DNA from: an uncultured virus (IMG/VR IMGVR_UViG_3300002835_000117) | Lineage: Duplodnaviria; Heunggongvirae; Uroviricota; Caudoviricetes | DNA: 20,000 bases | Reading direction: 5' to 3' (one strand) | IMG/VR virus record: IMGVR_UViG_3300002835_000117 | Shown here: positions 1 through 9,551 of the stretch, piece by piece | How the letters are laid out: each line of letters starts with the position of its first letter | How positions within the stretch are numbered: position 1 is the stretch's first letter | The notes under the pieces: model-generated | The model's input: the letters and a program-made list of their open reading frames with translations, nothing else | Told to the model about the DNA's origin: nothing | The model's database searches: none | Translations under genes and position numbers: made by a program

Positions 1-2
1 TT

Positions 3-1715
3 AATTCTAGCAATTACGAACTAATACCTGCGGGACCAAAAAATAAGAGGGCGGCAGTTAGGGTAACTAATATTGCAGACAGTAAACGAACAATCCAGGC
101 TTGGTTTTTAAAATCTAATTTTGGAAAATTTAGTCAAATATTTGAAGAACAATTTAGTATTGCAGCACCTACTTCTAGTATTTTGGTCACAAATTTATTA
201 GGAACAACTGAGCCGTTAAGTGCTCAAGTATTTGTTGAAGTATATGAACCAGATTCGACTACTTTAGTTAAAGGCAGAAAGCGTTTAAATCCTCCTGATG
301 TTAATTACTATAAATTGGATGGATCGACAACAACTTTCAATATTGACAATACAAGCCGTCCTCCGGGAACATATACTAATTCAAATATTAAAGTCTATTT
401 AAACGGTCGATTGCTTGCTCCTGGTTTTGATTATTCTATTAATAGTGTTACTGGTACAGTGACAATATCATCTGGAATAGCATCTAACGGCGCAATTTTA
501 GCAATTGAATCATTAGTTAATTTTGATTATGTAATTAATAATAACACTATAATTTTTACAACTCCAATTCAACCTTCTAGTTCAGTTAAAGTTATATCAT
601 TTGCTGATTATGATGGAATGATGTTGAGGACGGAAAGATTTAAAGGCGATGCTGGTCTAAAATTTACTTTAGGATTGCCGGTATCTGATAGTAGATATGT
701 TTGGGTAGCATTGAATAAACAATATTTGATTGCTAACAATGATTTTACTATTTTGGATGATTTTAGAACAGTTTCACTAAACAATTCTATTAGTATTCAA
801 TCTGATGACGAAATTACTATTTCATATGTTTCGACAACATTACGATCTAATTTAGTTTATGGATATAAAATATTTAATGACATTTTTAATAGAACCACAT
901 ATTCTAGATTATCTAATTTTTACGGTACAAGATTAACTAAAGAATTAAAGTTAACTGATACTGAAATTCATGTAACAGATTCTTCAAGTTTAATACCTCC
1001 TAATTTCCACAGAAATATTCCGGGAGTTATATTCGTCGATAGCGAAAGAATTGAATTTTTCTCTAAAGATAGTAATGTACTAAGCGGACTTAGAAGGGGT
1101 ACTATGGGTACTTCTCCTGCAGAAATATCCGATGTTGGAACAAAAGTCTTTGATCAAAGCCCTCAACAATTTATTCCTTATACTGATACCATTAAGAAAC
1201 AGTATCATATAACATCTGAAGCCACTGGAACATATGTTGTTAATACTGTTACAAATTCTAATGGAACGTACACGATTGCTATTAGTTCAAGTTCATTTGT
1301 TATTAACACCGGAACTATGTATCAGTCTGGTGGAGATGGTATTATATTAAGTACAACAAATGGTTTAGAGCAGTACCTTAACGATCAGATTTCTGTTAAA
1401 TTTGGTGGTAGACTGTTGAGAAAAACTGCGTCTAAAGTACATGATTACAATTTAGCATACGATTCTACGTCTACAAGTTTAAGAACACTTGATCCAGAAT
1501 TTACTGTTAAATTTAATGAATCAACTGGTAATTTTGAATTAAATATTCATGTTGAAGATTTTACTTTAAGAACTAAAGTTGAAATAGAACAAAAAATAGG
1601 AAATTATTGGAATACATCAACATCGTTGATGGAATCCGAGTCAATTCAATCTAAGTTCATAAGGCGACATTCTACAGAAATTCCTGATAAATGGTATTAC
1701 GGAAATTCAAATTAA
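3..1715 (+). CDS. Large virion structural protein, probable baseplate wedge/hub subunit (C-terminal part, 5'-truncated by window edge)
   Basis: The frame is open from position 3 (NSSNYELIPAGPKNKRAAVRV...) into the 183..1715 ORF, so the TTG at 183 is not the true start. Beta-rich repeats (VYLNGRLLAPGFDYSI, VALNKQYLIANNDFTI) and ERIEF..LSGLRRGTMGT are of the kind seen in large-phage baseplate proteins. Lies upstream of tail-fibre genes. Confidence 0.65.
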   Translation, partial: NSSNYELIPAGPKNKRAAVRVTNIADSKRTIQAWFLKSNFGKFSQIFEEQFSIAAPTSSILVTNLLGTTEPLSAQVFVEVYEPDSTTLVKGRKRLNPPDVNYYKLDGSTTTFNIDNTSRPPGTYTNSNIKVYLNGRLLAPGFDYSINSVTGTVTISSGIASNGAILAIESLVNFDYVINNNTIIFTTPIQPSSSVKVISFADYDGMMLRTERFKGDAGLKFTLGLPVSDSRYVWVALNKQYLIANNDFTILDDFRTVSLNNSISIQSDDEITISYVSTTLRSNLVYGYKIFNDIFNRTTYSRLSNFYGTRLTKELKLTDTEIHVTDSSSLIPPNFHRNIPGVIFVDSERIEFFSKDSNVLSGLRRGTMGTSPAEISDVGTKVFDQSPQQFIPYTDTIKKQYHITSEATGTYVVNTVTNSNGTYTIAISSSSFVINTGTMYQSGGDGIILSTTNGLEQYLNDQISVKFGGRLLRKTASKVHDYNLAYDSTSTSLRTLDPEFTVKFNESTGNFELNIHVEDFTLRTKVEIEQKIGNYWNTSTSLMESESIQSKFIRRHSTEIPDKWYYGNSN

Positions 1716-1735
1716 TAATTTTTTGAAGGAACAAT

Positions 1736-2413
1736 ATGACATACTTAGAAAATAGAATTACCGCAAGATGGTGGGATTATACAAGAGTAGTAGAAAAAGA
1801 AAAAATTGATACTATTATTGAAAACTTATATCGAGTTCCTAGTAAACAATGCGGATACGAACAAAAATGTGTCATTTTTGGTCCAAATTCTTATGATATT
1901 AAAAAAAATATTTACGATAACTATGCTTGGGCTGATGAAAATAATAAATTATTAGGACCCGGTGTTGTTAAATATTTTAACGGGCAACTACTTGCACAAT
2001 ATCTTTTTATGTGGGTAACTAGATATAAGGAAGTTGACGGAACTGAAGAAAATTGGGCAATTCAAAAATATAGATTTGAAAAAAGAATACAAAAGGCATT
2101 TTTAGAATCTGGAATTGGTGCAGGCGTAGTAATGACAATTGCTGAAGATCTTGGGTTAGATACAGGATTTTCTATTTGTTTTGATTCAAAAAATGTAGCC
2201 AATGCTTTAGGTTATACAGACGAATATGCTTTAGTTGCATTGGGTGTGGGATACATGCAAGATCATAGTGATGTCTCTAATCCATGTTTATTAAAAGCAG
2301 TATACCATGAAAATAAAATAGTTGGATACGATAATTATAATATTCCTCAACACTTAACAGATAAAATTAGAAAATTAAAACCTAGTAATGAAACTATTGT
2401 AGAAATTCGATAA
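1736..2413 (+). CDS. Nitroreductase-fold (FMN-dependent oxidoreductase) protein
   Basis: SD AAGGA upstream. N-terminal RITARWWD (RxSxRxF-like), VPSKQ (APS-like), and C-terminal AGVVMTIAEDLGLDTGF ... VALGVGY fit the nitroreductase signature. Confidence 0.7.
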   Translation: MTYLENRITARWWDYTRVVEKEKIDTIIENLYRVPSKQCGYEQKCVIFGPNSYDIKKNIYDNYAWADENNKLLGPGVVKYFNGQLLAQYLFMWVTRYKEVDGTEENWAIQKYRFEKRIQKAFLESGIGAGVVMTIAEDLGLDTGFSICFDSKNVANALGYTDEYALVALGVGYMQDHSDVSNPCLLKAVYHENKIVGYDNYNIPQHLTDKIRKLKPSNETIVEIR

Positions 2414-2423
2414 AATTATATGG

Positions 2424-2430
2424 ATAAATA
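2424..2430 (+). promoter_or_regulatory. T4-like late promoter motif ATAAATA
   Basis: Intergenic GGATAAATA ending 5 nt before the ATG at 2436 at the head of four tightly packed structural genes. Flanked by a short inverted repeat ATGG/CCAT. Confidence 0.6.
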
Positions 2431-2435
2431 CCATT

Positions 2436-3056
2436 ATGAATAACAAACAAGATTTAAAACATGAGACCGGTGCGTTTAGTATTCAAGGTCATATAAAAAT
2501 ATTTGATCCTAGTACTGGAGAAATTTTTATTAACAAACGAAATGCAATTCATTATGAAAATTTTTCTATTGCACTTGCTCAAAGTATTTCTAATCAAGGA
2601 CGAGGAATCATTTCCGAAATGGTTTTTGGTAACGGAGGGACTAGAGTAACAAATGGCGTTATTACTTATCTAACTCCAAATTCCATTGGTAGAGGTGCAA
2701 CTTTATATAATCAAACCTATTATAAAAATGTAGATTCTAAGAGCAGTTATTCTTTAGATCCTGCAAGAAATTTCATGGAAACTAGGCACATAGAAGGCAC
2801 TGTTTACACAGATATTTTAATAAGTTGTTTATTAGATTTTGGAGAACCTAGTGGTCAGTCTGCATTTGACAATGAAACTAATTTAGATAGTCCATTTGTT
2901 TTTGACGAATTAGGGTTAAGGGCATTTAACCCAGACGGTCCGAATACTGGAGATTTGTTAACTCATGTAATTTTCCATCCTGTTCAAAAATCTTTAAACA
3001 GAATGATTCAAATTGATTATACAATTAGAATTCAAAGTTTGAGTACTGGAACTTAA
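2436..3056 (+). CDS. Conserved phage virion structural protein (baseplate/tail-fibre attachment type)
   Basis: 206 aa with GHIKIFD..TGE...KRNAI, MVFGNGG, FDELGL and LLTHVIFHPVQKSLNR.IQIDYTIRI. Sits between baseplate and fibre genes. Confidence 0.65.
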   Translation: MNNKQDLKHETGAFSIQGHIKIFDPSTGEIFINKRNAIHYENFSIALAQSISNQGRGIISEMVFGNGGTRVTNGVITYLTPNSIGRGATLYNQTYYKNVDSKSSYSLDPARNFMETRHIEGTVYTDILISCLLDFGEPSGQSAFDNETNLDSPFVFDELGLRAFNPDGPNTGDLLTHVIFHPVQKSLNRMIQIDYTIRIQSLSTGT

Positions 3057-3059
3057 AAT

Positions 3060-4835
3060 ATGTCATCATATATTTTTACTTTAACTTTTTCAGATCCTAA
3101 TAATACTGAAGTTATTGAAGTTCTTGGTACTTCTGTTGGCAGTGGAAAAAATAATTACAGTACAAGTTTAGATCTTGTTGGTTCGGGTTATACTAATTAC
3201 GGACAAGATATTTCGCAAAATTTTCTTAAATTGTTAGAAAATTTTGCCGGACCTAATCCGCCAATTAATTCTATAAAAGGCCAGTTATGGTATGATACAA
3301 GTAATCCCGAAAGAAGTGTGTTGCGAGTCAATAACGGATCGAATACAAGCAATAGATGGCAACCTACTAATGGAGTGTTTCAGCAGGCTCAAGATCCAAG
3401 TTTAAGTTACAGTCAAAACGTAAAAGTTGGAGATCTTTGGGTTGATACTTCATCGTATCAAGTAAAGATTAGAAATCAAAGTAGTTGGATCACAGTTGGG
3501 CCAAATATAGAAGCAGGCGAACTAAAGTCTGGTTCTGAAACAGTTAGGCTACAGAGTAATATTGATCCCAATGTAACTTATCCTGTAATATTAAATTGGA
3601 TTAATGGCAAGGTTGTTGAAATTTTAGCATACAATGAATTTACACCTAGAACTGTTATTGATGGTTTTTCTACTATAAAACCTGGAACAAATTTAACTAG
3701 AAGAATACCGGCAAGATATAACGGTGTGGCAGAAAGTGCTACTTCTTTATATATTTCTCCGACATTGTCAATAAGGGCAACTGAAGTATTAAAAAACAAA
3801 TCTTTATTAACCCCTCAAACGCATACGGGAACATTTAGAGTAGAATCTTCAGCAGGAATACAAATTAGAAACGCTGATTCTGGTGAACAGATTAATGTTT
3901 TTTCGAATGCTGGCGGCAAAGTAGAATACACAAATCAAACGTCTAACTTTACAGTAGGAATAACCAATAAGTCTTATATTAAATTTGTTGGATCTTTAAA
4001 TACGGTTGGGGTTAACAATCCTGATCCTCAGTCAACGTTTGACGTATTAGGTTCTGGAAGATTTTCAAATACATTAAATCTTACTACAACATCATTGGCA
4101 TTAAGTGTTAGCGGACTTTCTTCCTTTGCTAAAAGTGTCAATATAAATGAAAATTTAAGAGTAAGTGGGATCAGTACATTAACTGGAAAGGTGGTCGTTG
4201 GAGCCGCTGTGGGTTCTGGAGTAATTATTGAACCGGCGGCAAACGATTCATATGATCTAGGATCTCCAATTAAAGCATTTAGACAGATATTTGTTTCTAA
4301 AATTGGAAGTCCTTCCTCGCCAATTACTATTTACGGGGCGGTAACTACTTCTTCACAACTTGAAGTTGGGCGAAATTTTTCTATCTCCGGACAAGTTCAA
4401 ACATCCTCGCCTGTTTCATTTAACGGAACTAGCAATGTGAATTTAGTAACAACAGCGACTTCACAATTAATTACTGGACAAGTTTTAACTACATCTACTA
4501 CCGCTACTCAAACGATTCTTGTAGTTGATACATCCACTATTGCATCTGGTCAATTAAACAAAATTAGTAAATCTGATTTTCTTTCAGATGTATATGCTCA
4601 GATATTTCAAACTGGAATGATAACAGCATACGGTACATCAACTTTAACAACATTAATGCAAAATGATTGGTATATTTGCAATGGATCATCGAAAAATATT
4701 ATTACAGATTCAAAATTATTCACAGTAATTGGATATACCTATGGTGGGTCTGGTGCTAATTTTAATTTGCCTAATTTGACAGGAGTTACATCTGCTGCCG
4801 GAGGCATTCCAATTCATTACATAATAAAGAGATAA
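3060..4835 (+). CDS. Tail fibre/baseplate protein with C-terminal phage tail-collar domain
   Basis: N-terminal TSLDLVG..Y.NYG....NFLKLLENFA...P....GQLWYDT module. C-terminal GMITAYG...WYICNG...LFTVIGYTYGGSGANFNLPNL is a tail-collar motif. S/T/G-rich middle. Confidence 0.8.
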   Translation: MSSYIFTLTFSDPNNTEVIEVLGTSVGSGKNNYSTSLDLVGSGYTNYGQDISQNFLKLLENFAGPNPPINSIKGQLWYDTSNPERSVLRVNNGSNTSNRWQPTNGVFQQAQDPSLSYSQNVKVGDLWVDTSSYQVKIRNQSSWITVGPNIEAGELKSGSETVRLQSNIDPNVTYPVILNWINGKVVEILAYNEFTPRTVIDGFSTIKPGTNLTRRIPARYNGVAESATSLYISPTLSIRATEVLKNKSLLTPQTHTGTFRVESSAGIQIRNADSGEQINVFSNAGGKVEYTNQTSNFTVGITNKSYIKFVGSLNTVGVNNPDPQSTFDVLGSGRFSNTLNLTTTSLALSVSGLSSFAKSVNINENLRVSGISTLTGKVVVGAAVGSGVIIEPAANDSYDLGSPIKAFRQIFVSKIGSPSSPITIYGAVTTSSQLEVGRNFSISGQVQTSSPVSFNGTSNVNLVTTATSQLITGQVLTTSTTATQTILVVDTSTIASGQLNKISKSDFLSDVYAQIFQTGMITAYGTSTLTTLMQNDWYICNGSSKNIITDSKLFTVIGYTYGGSGANFNLPNLTGVTSAAGGIPIHYIIKR

Positions 4836-4839
4836 AATA

Positions 4840-5805
4840 ATGGCCTATGTAATTTATAATAATGATGGAACAGTTTTATTAACTTTACCGACAGGAGAAG
4901 TAGATTCTGTTTCTACTAGTTTGGATTTATTCGGCCAAAATTTAAATAATTATGGTCAGTATTTAAATAATAATTTTACAAGATTATTAACAAACTTTGC
5001 ATCATCTTCGGCTAATCAACCCAGAAGCCCGCAAGTTGGTCAAGTTTGGTTTAACACTACATTAAAAAAATTGACTGTTTGGGACGGAACAGGATGGAAG
5101 ACTTTAGACGGTGCATCTGTTTCTGACAGCGGATTTAGTTCTACTAGTACTGGAGATTTATGGTATGATACTGTCAATAGTCAATTGAATATATGGGATG
5201 GAAATAAATTTAAAGTTATTGGACCGCAAGTATCATCTTTATATGGAAAATTTGGTTTAGATAGGCCGGCAACTCCTATTTTAGAAAATGATTTTAATCA
5301 AGAACAAAATGTTGCAGTTTTATATTCATATGGTCGACCTACTGCATTGATAACAACTGCGACATTTGATATGTCGACATCAAGTTCTACAGTATATTTT
5401 AATACTTCTCAGGTTACTGAAGTAGTGTCCGGGGTAACATTATTAGGTACACTTGACATTAGGGGAGATTTGTATGTCCGTGGTAATACTGTATATGATA
5501 AAAATCTAACGACTTATTTAGATATTACTTCTTACGGCGATACACAGACAGGATCGACTTCTACAAATGACACAAGAATTCAATCGAGTAATGATGCATT
5601 GAGAACAAAGGTTTTACCTTATTTGTTTAGTACAAGTACATTTAAAGCGGGTTCTGAAGTAAAAGTTCTTTGTCAATATAATGCAAAAATATCTATTCGA
5701 CATTTTCAAATAGAAGATTTTGGTGGTGTTTTATTGTGGAGACCGGTTGACAACTATTTGAATAGTTATACCACAATAAACAACAATATTGTATTTCAGG
5801 ATTAA
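4840..5805 (+). CDS. Tail fibre/baseplate protein paralog (short)
   Basis: Same N-terminal module (TSLDLFGQN.NNYG....NFTRLLTNFA...P.SPQVGQVWFNT, second GDLWYDT repeat) as its neighbours. Confidence 0.72.
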   Translation: MAYVIYNNDGTVLLTLPTGEVDSVSTSLDLFGQNLNNYGQYLNNNFTRLLTNFASSSANQPRSPQVGQVWFNTTLKKLTVWDGTGWKTLDGASVSDSGFSSTSTGDLWYDTVNSQLNIWDGNKFKVIGPQVSSLYGKFGLDRPATPILENDFNQEQNVAVLYSYGRPTALITTATFDMSTSSSTVYFNTSQVTEVVSGVTLLGTLDIRGDLYVRGNTVYDKNLTTYLDITSYGDTQTGSTSTNDTRIQSSNDALRTKVLPYLFSTSTFKAGSEVKVLCQYNAKISIRHFQIEDFGGVLLWRPVDNYLNSYTTINNNIVFQD

Positions 5806-5808
5806 TGT

Positions 5809-7065
5809 ATGCCATATATTTTAAACAAAACTAATGGAACTACAATTGCTGTAGTTCAAGATGCTACAATTGATACTAATACAGATTTAATTTTTGTTGG
5901 TAGAAATTATGCAGGTTATGGCGAATGGCAAAATGAAAATTTTGTTAAACTTTTAGAAAATTTTGCTAATACTATTAGTCCACCTAAGCCTATTGAAGGT
6001 CAACTGTGGTTTGATACAAGTAATAAAAACGTAAATGCGTTTGATGGCGAGCGTTGGAAATCTCTAGCAAATTTAACCAATTCTACAGATACTCCATTAC
6101 AGCCAAAAATTGGAGATCTTTGGTATAATACATTTGAAGAACAACTATACGCATTTAATGGATCAGAATTTGGGTTAATCGGTCCTCCTAGCGGTGCTGA
6201 TACTAGAGCACAGTGGAGGGGGGACATCGAAGACAGCGCAGAAGATCGTGCTAAAAAATATATGATTAAGGCGGTAGTGGGGATTAATAATGAAGTTATT
6301 GCCGTTGCATCAGCCGAGACTTTTACAGTTGACCTTGCAACTGAATCTCCGTTTCCTAAGTATCCTATATATAATAATTTTTCTGTAACTAAAGTATCAA
6401 AAGGAATTACATTAATTGGTGCAGATGCAATTACTGGAAATTCTGAATCTTCTGGGAATTATTTTTGGGGTTCAGCACGCCATGCTGTAGAAGCAAATAC
6501 AGCAACCTCGGCGATTGGGTTAACTATGAAAATTTCTCCACCAACAGGAAATTTTCCAATTCCATACGTTAATACTTCTACTTCAGTTTTAAAAGCAACA
6601 GAAATATATTCTACATCTACGTTTTTCTATAACCCTACTGAAAGATCTGTAAATTCTGTTTTATTTAGGGGAGTTGCGACCAGTGCTTATTATGCAGACC
6701 TAGCAGAAAGATATGAAACAGATCAATCATACGATGTTGGAACTGTGGTAGTAATAGGTGGGAAAAAAGAAATAACTGAAACACACAACAGAGCAGATAC
6801 CTCAGTTGCAGGGGTTATTTCTAAAAATCCTGCTTATATGATGAATGCAGCAGCAGGAGATGATAAAACACATCCTTATGTTGCATTAAGGGGCAGAGTT
6901 TTTTGTAAAGTAATTGGACCTATTAAAAAAGGTGAACTGTTAGTTACTAGTTCTTATCCTGGATATGCAGAGGCATATAGACAGGGTGATAACCCAAATG
7001 CAGTTTTAGGAAAATCTTTGGTTGACTATTCTGGAATAAAGGGATTAATTGAAATTTTAATTTAA
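5809..7065 (+). CDS. Tail fibre protein with C-terminal intramolecular chaperone / peptidase G2-like autocleavage domain
   Basis: Shared N-terminal module (NFVKLLENFA..PPKPIEGQLWFDT; GDLWYNT). C-terminal YADLAERY...GTVVVIGG...AGVISKNPAYMMN...VALRGRV.CKV.G.I.KGELLVTS..PG.A pattern. Confidence 0.78.
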   Translation: MPYILNKTNGTTIAVVQDATIDTNTDLIFVGRNYAGYGEWQNENFVKLLENFANTISPPKPIEGQLWFDTSNKNVNAFDGERWKSLANLTNSTDTPLQPKIGDLWYNTFEEQLYAFNGSEFGLIGPPSGADTRAQWRGDIEDSAEDRAKKYMIKAVVGINNEVIAVASAETFTVDLATESPFPKYPIYNNFSVTKVSKGITLIGADAITGNSESSGNYFWGSARHAVEANTATSAIGLTMKISPPTGNFPIPYVNTSTSVLKATEIYSTSTFFYNPTERSVNSVLFRGVATSAYYADLAERYETDQSYDVGTVVVIGGKKEITETHNRADTSVAGVISKNPAYMMNAAAGDDKTHPYVALRGRVFCKVIGPIKKGELLVTSSYPGYAEAYRQGDNPNAVLGKSLVDYSGIKGLIEILI

Positions 7066-7946
7066 ACAGCCATCTGTGCTTTAATGGTATCGTGGCTGTT
7101 ATAATTTAACAACTGTACATCGTCCATTGTAAACTTATTGATATCTTTAATCTCTGAATTTAAACTCAGTGTAGGAAATGGTAAAGGATTTCTTGTAAGT
7201 TGTTCTTTTACCTGCTCTATATGATTTTCATAGATGTGTGCATCTCCTAACACAACAATTAATTCTCCTACTTTTAAATTAGTAACTTGAGCAATCATAT
7301 GTGTAAACAAAGCATATGATGCAATATTAAACGGAACACCTAAGAACATATCTGCTGAACGCTGATACATTTGGCAACTAAGTTTCCCATTTGCTACATA
7401 AAATTGTGCCATCATATGACATGGAGGCAATGCCATTAAGTCTAGTTCTCCTGGATTCCATGCAGTGATTATATGGCGCCGACCGTATGGATCTTTTTTA
7501 ATACCGTCAATTAAATTTTGCAATTGATCTAAATTTTGTAAAATGACTTTGTTAATTCGAATTAGTGGTTGTCGCCATTTCCGCCATTGAACTCCATATA
7601 TTCTTCCAAGATCTCCGGCATGCCGTTTTAATCTTTTTTCAACCCAATATGGTGCATTGGCATTTTCAGTCCAGATAGTTTTTTTATCGATATATCGTTC
7701 ACCATGGAGAATTTCTTTCAATCTGTTTTCGTCGCCACTGCCTTCAATAAACCACAGTAGTTCGCTAACTACTGATTTCCACGCTAATTTTTTAGTTGTG
7801 ATTGCGGGAAACTCGTTTTCTAAATTAAAACGCATCGGAACACCAAATTTACTAATAGTTCCTGTGCCGGTTCTGTCCGGCCTATGTTCGCCGTTCTCTA
7901 AAATATCTTTCAATGCGTTTAGATATACAAATTCTTGATGTTTCAT
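7062..7946 (-). CDS. thyA: Thymidylate synthase (ThyA)
   Basis: DRTGTGT, ELLWFIEG, GRIYGVQWR, AWNP, MALPPCH (catalytic Cys), YQRSADMFLGVPFNIASY, GDAHIYENH. Confidence 0.98.
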   Translation of the reverse strand: MKHQEFVYLNALKDILENGEHRPDRTGTGTISKFGVPMRFNLENEFPAITTKKLAWKSVVSELLWFIEGSGDENRLKEILHGERYIDKKTIWTENANAPYWVEKRLKRHAGDLGRIYGVQWRKWRQPLIRINKVILQNLDQLQNLIDGIKKDPYGRRHIITAWNPGELDLMALPPCHMMAQFYVANGKLSCQMYQRSADMFLGVPFNIASYALFTHMIAQVTNLKVGELIVVLGDAHIYENHIEQVKEQLTRNPLPFPTLSLNSEIKDINKFTMDDVQLLNYNSHDTIKAQMAV

Positions 7947-8425
7947 AAATTATATTCTTTTATTGTGTATTTGATTGGTTCATTAAATGTAGCATGTTCT
8001 TTTATTTTTGTAAAGTTTTCTCGAACATAATTTAAATCAAAGAATGTATCACACTTATAATCTGCATCAATTTCTGTAACGTAAAATCGATCTACAATAT
8101 CAAGATAATGCTGATAAACGGCACTTCCGCCGATGATAAAAATTTCTTTAAAAGGATAAAACATTCTAGAGTACTGTAAAAGTCTATCTGGGTCGTCTGA
8201 ACAAAAATCTGGACCTTTAATTTTAGATCTACTTAACACTAAGTTAATTCTATTAGGCAAAATTTTTGCACCAATACTATCCCAAGTTTTTCGACCCATA
8301 ATAACAATTTGATCAGTAGTTTGTTCTCTGAACCAACGCATGTCGCCGGTAAGGCGAGGCCAGGGCATTTGACCTTCAAATCCAATGCCCTGGTTGCGTT
8401 CTACTGCAACTATACAGTTGATCAT
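7943..8425 (-). CDS. folA: Dihydrofolate reductase
   Basis: GIG..G.MPW..L.GDM.WF, VIMGRKTWDSI, LPNRINLVLS, IFIIGGSAVY, CDTFF. ATGA overlap with thyA. Confidence 0.97.
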   Translation of the reverse strand: MINCIVAVERNQGIGFEGQMPWPRLTGDMRWFREQTTDQIVIMGRKTWDSIGAKILPNRINLVLSRSKIKGPDFCSDDPDRLLQYSRMFYPFKEIFIIGGSAVYQHYLDIVDRFYVTEIDADYKCDTFFDLNYVRENFTKIKEHATFNEPIKYTIKEYNL

Positions 8426-9027
8426 GCTTCCGCTTTAACTGTCTTTGTTTTTTTTGCAGGCGGATCAATCTCGTCTGCTTTTCTCCTAAGAGCCTGCGCT
8501 TCTTTAAACAGTTTGTCAGCCATCGATCTAAGATCGGAAGGTGTAATAGGTGAGTCTTGAGTTGTAGTTTCCGTAGTATCGACGATGATTTCTTCTCGTT
8601 GACGAGTTGGTTTGGTTTCAGTAGTTTTTGATTCAACTGCGGTTAAATTTTCACCTACTGCTAGATCTTCAACACGAATTCCTTTACTTTCTGCAATAGC
8701 CTGATTTACTTGGTCCAATGGAATCGCAGTTTGAGTATTAGGAGTCATTAAAACTAAACTAGTGGGAACCTTTTTCAGTTGCCCTCTTGAATGTAGCCAT
8801 TGAAGCATTATTTCCCCATCTGGAAAACGACGGGACGCTAATACATCTGCTAATTCATTTGCTTGTTGACCTGTGTCACTTTCAATAAGACTCATTAGAG
8901 AGTCGTGATATGCATCAGGAAGTCCGGAAGTTCCTACTACTAATGCATTATTTGCTTCTCCGGGCAATGTTCTAAAAACAACTGCAACTCTTGCTGCATT
9001 GTTTTTCATTTTTCCCACATGTTTCAT
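8422..9027 (-). CDS. Hypothetical phage protein (globular N-terminus, T/E-rich linker, C-terminal helical segment)
   Basis: 201 aa ORF with strong SD AAGGAG and ATGA overlap with folA. Confidence 0.8.
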   Translation of the reverse strand: MKHVGKMKNNAARVAVVFRTLPGEANNALVVGTSGLPDAYHDSLMSLIESDTGQQANELADVLASRRFPDGEIMLQWLHSRGQLKKVPTSLVLMTPNTQTAIPLDQVNQAIAESKGIRVEDLAVGENLTAVESKTTETKPTRQREEIIVDTTETTTQDSPITPSDLRSMADKLFKEAQALRRKADEIDPPAKKTKTVKAEA

Positions 9028-9037
9028 TTATTTCTCC

Positions 9038-9262
9038 TTATTGTGGTGCTTTATTTGGTTCTTCTGACTTAGGTTGCTGTAATGCGTTTAAAAATGCATT
9101 AAGTTTATCATAGACAGAACCAACACCGGAAATTTCTGATGCACTAAATGCACCTCGTCTTACTGCAACATCAACCACTGCTCTTAAATTTGTAAGATCT
9201 GCAATTGTTAAATCTGGTGTTTTATTTTCTGGTGTATTTTTTGTATTATCTAAATTTTCCAT
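9038..9262 (-). CDS. Small hypothetical phage protein
   Basis: 74 aa, SD AAGGA, helical core LTIADL..LR.VVDVAVRRGAF.ASE...VG.VYDKL.AFL. Tightly packed in the operon. Confidence 0.78.
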   Translation of the reverse strand: MENLDNTKNTPENKTPDLTIADLTNLRAVVDVAVRRGAFSASEISGVGSVYDKLNAFLNALQQPKSEEPNKAPQ

Positions 9263-9263
9263 T

Positions 9264-9551
9264 TTAGTTCCTTTTTTTATGTATGTATTGACAACCTACA
9301 GTAAGCATAGTTAATTCTCTCGGATCTTCTAATCCAATATCAATTACATTGATCATTTTTCTGTCATCATCTATGCTAAATCTCTGTTGAATACCATATC
9401 TGCTATTTAAGTTATATTCAATCCAGTGTTCTAATAATTTGATATCTGTTTTGTGATCAATAGATATTTTAGAAAAATGTTCTGGGATAAAAGATAGTTT
9501 TCTTAAACCCAGAACATTTAATGGATTTATTTTTCCCCTATTTAATGGCAT
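9264..9551 (-). CDS. Hypothetical phage protein
   Basis: 95 aa ORF filling the gap between vWA and 9262 genes, preceded by TATAAATA. Confidence 0.75.
   Translation of the reverse strand: MPLNRGKINPLNVLGLRKLSFIPEHFSKISIDHKTDIKLLEHWIEYNLNSRYGIQQRFSIDDDRKMINVIDIGLEDPRELTMLTVGCQYIHKKRN

Noticed and set aside
183..185. TTG start of the first ORF
   Set aside because: The frame is open back to position 3, so the gene starts outside the window.
7062..7946. thyA as a dCMP hydroxymethylase feeding the glycosyltransferase (T4-style glucosyl-hmC)
   Set aside because: It retains the dUMP-specifying Asn (LGVPFNIASY) and all canonical ThyA motifs and is coupled to DHFR. Such an enzyme elsewhere in the genome is not excluded.
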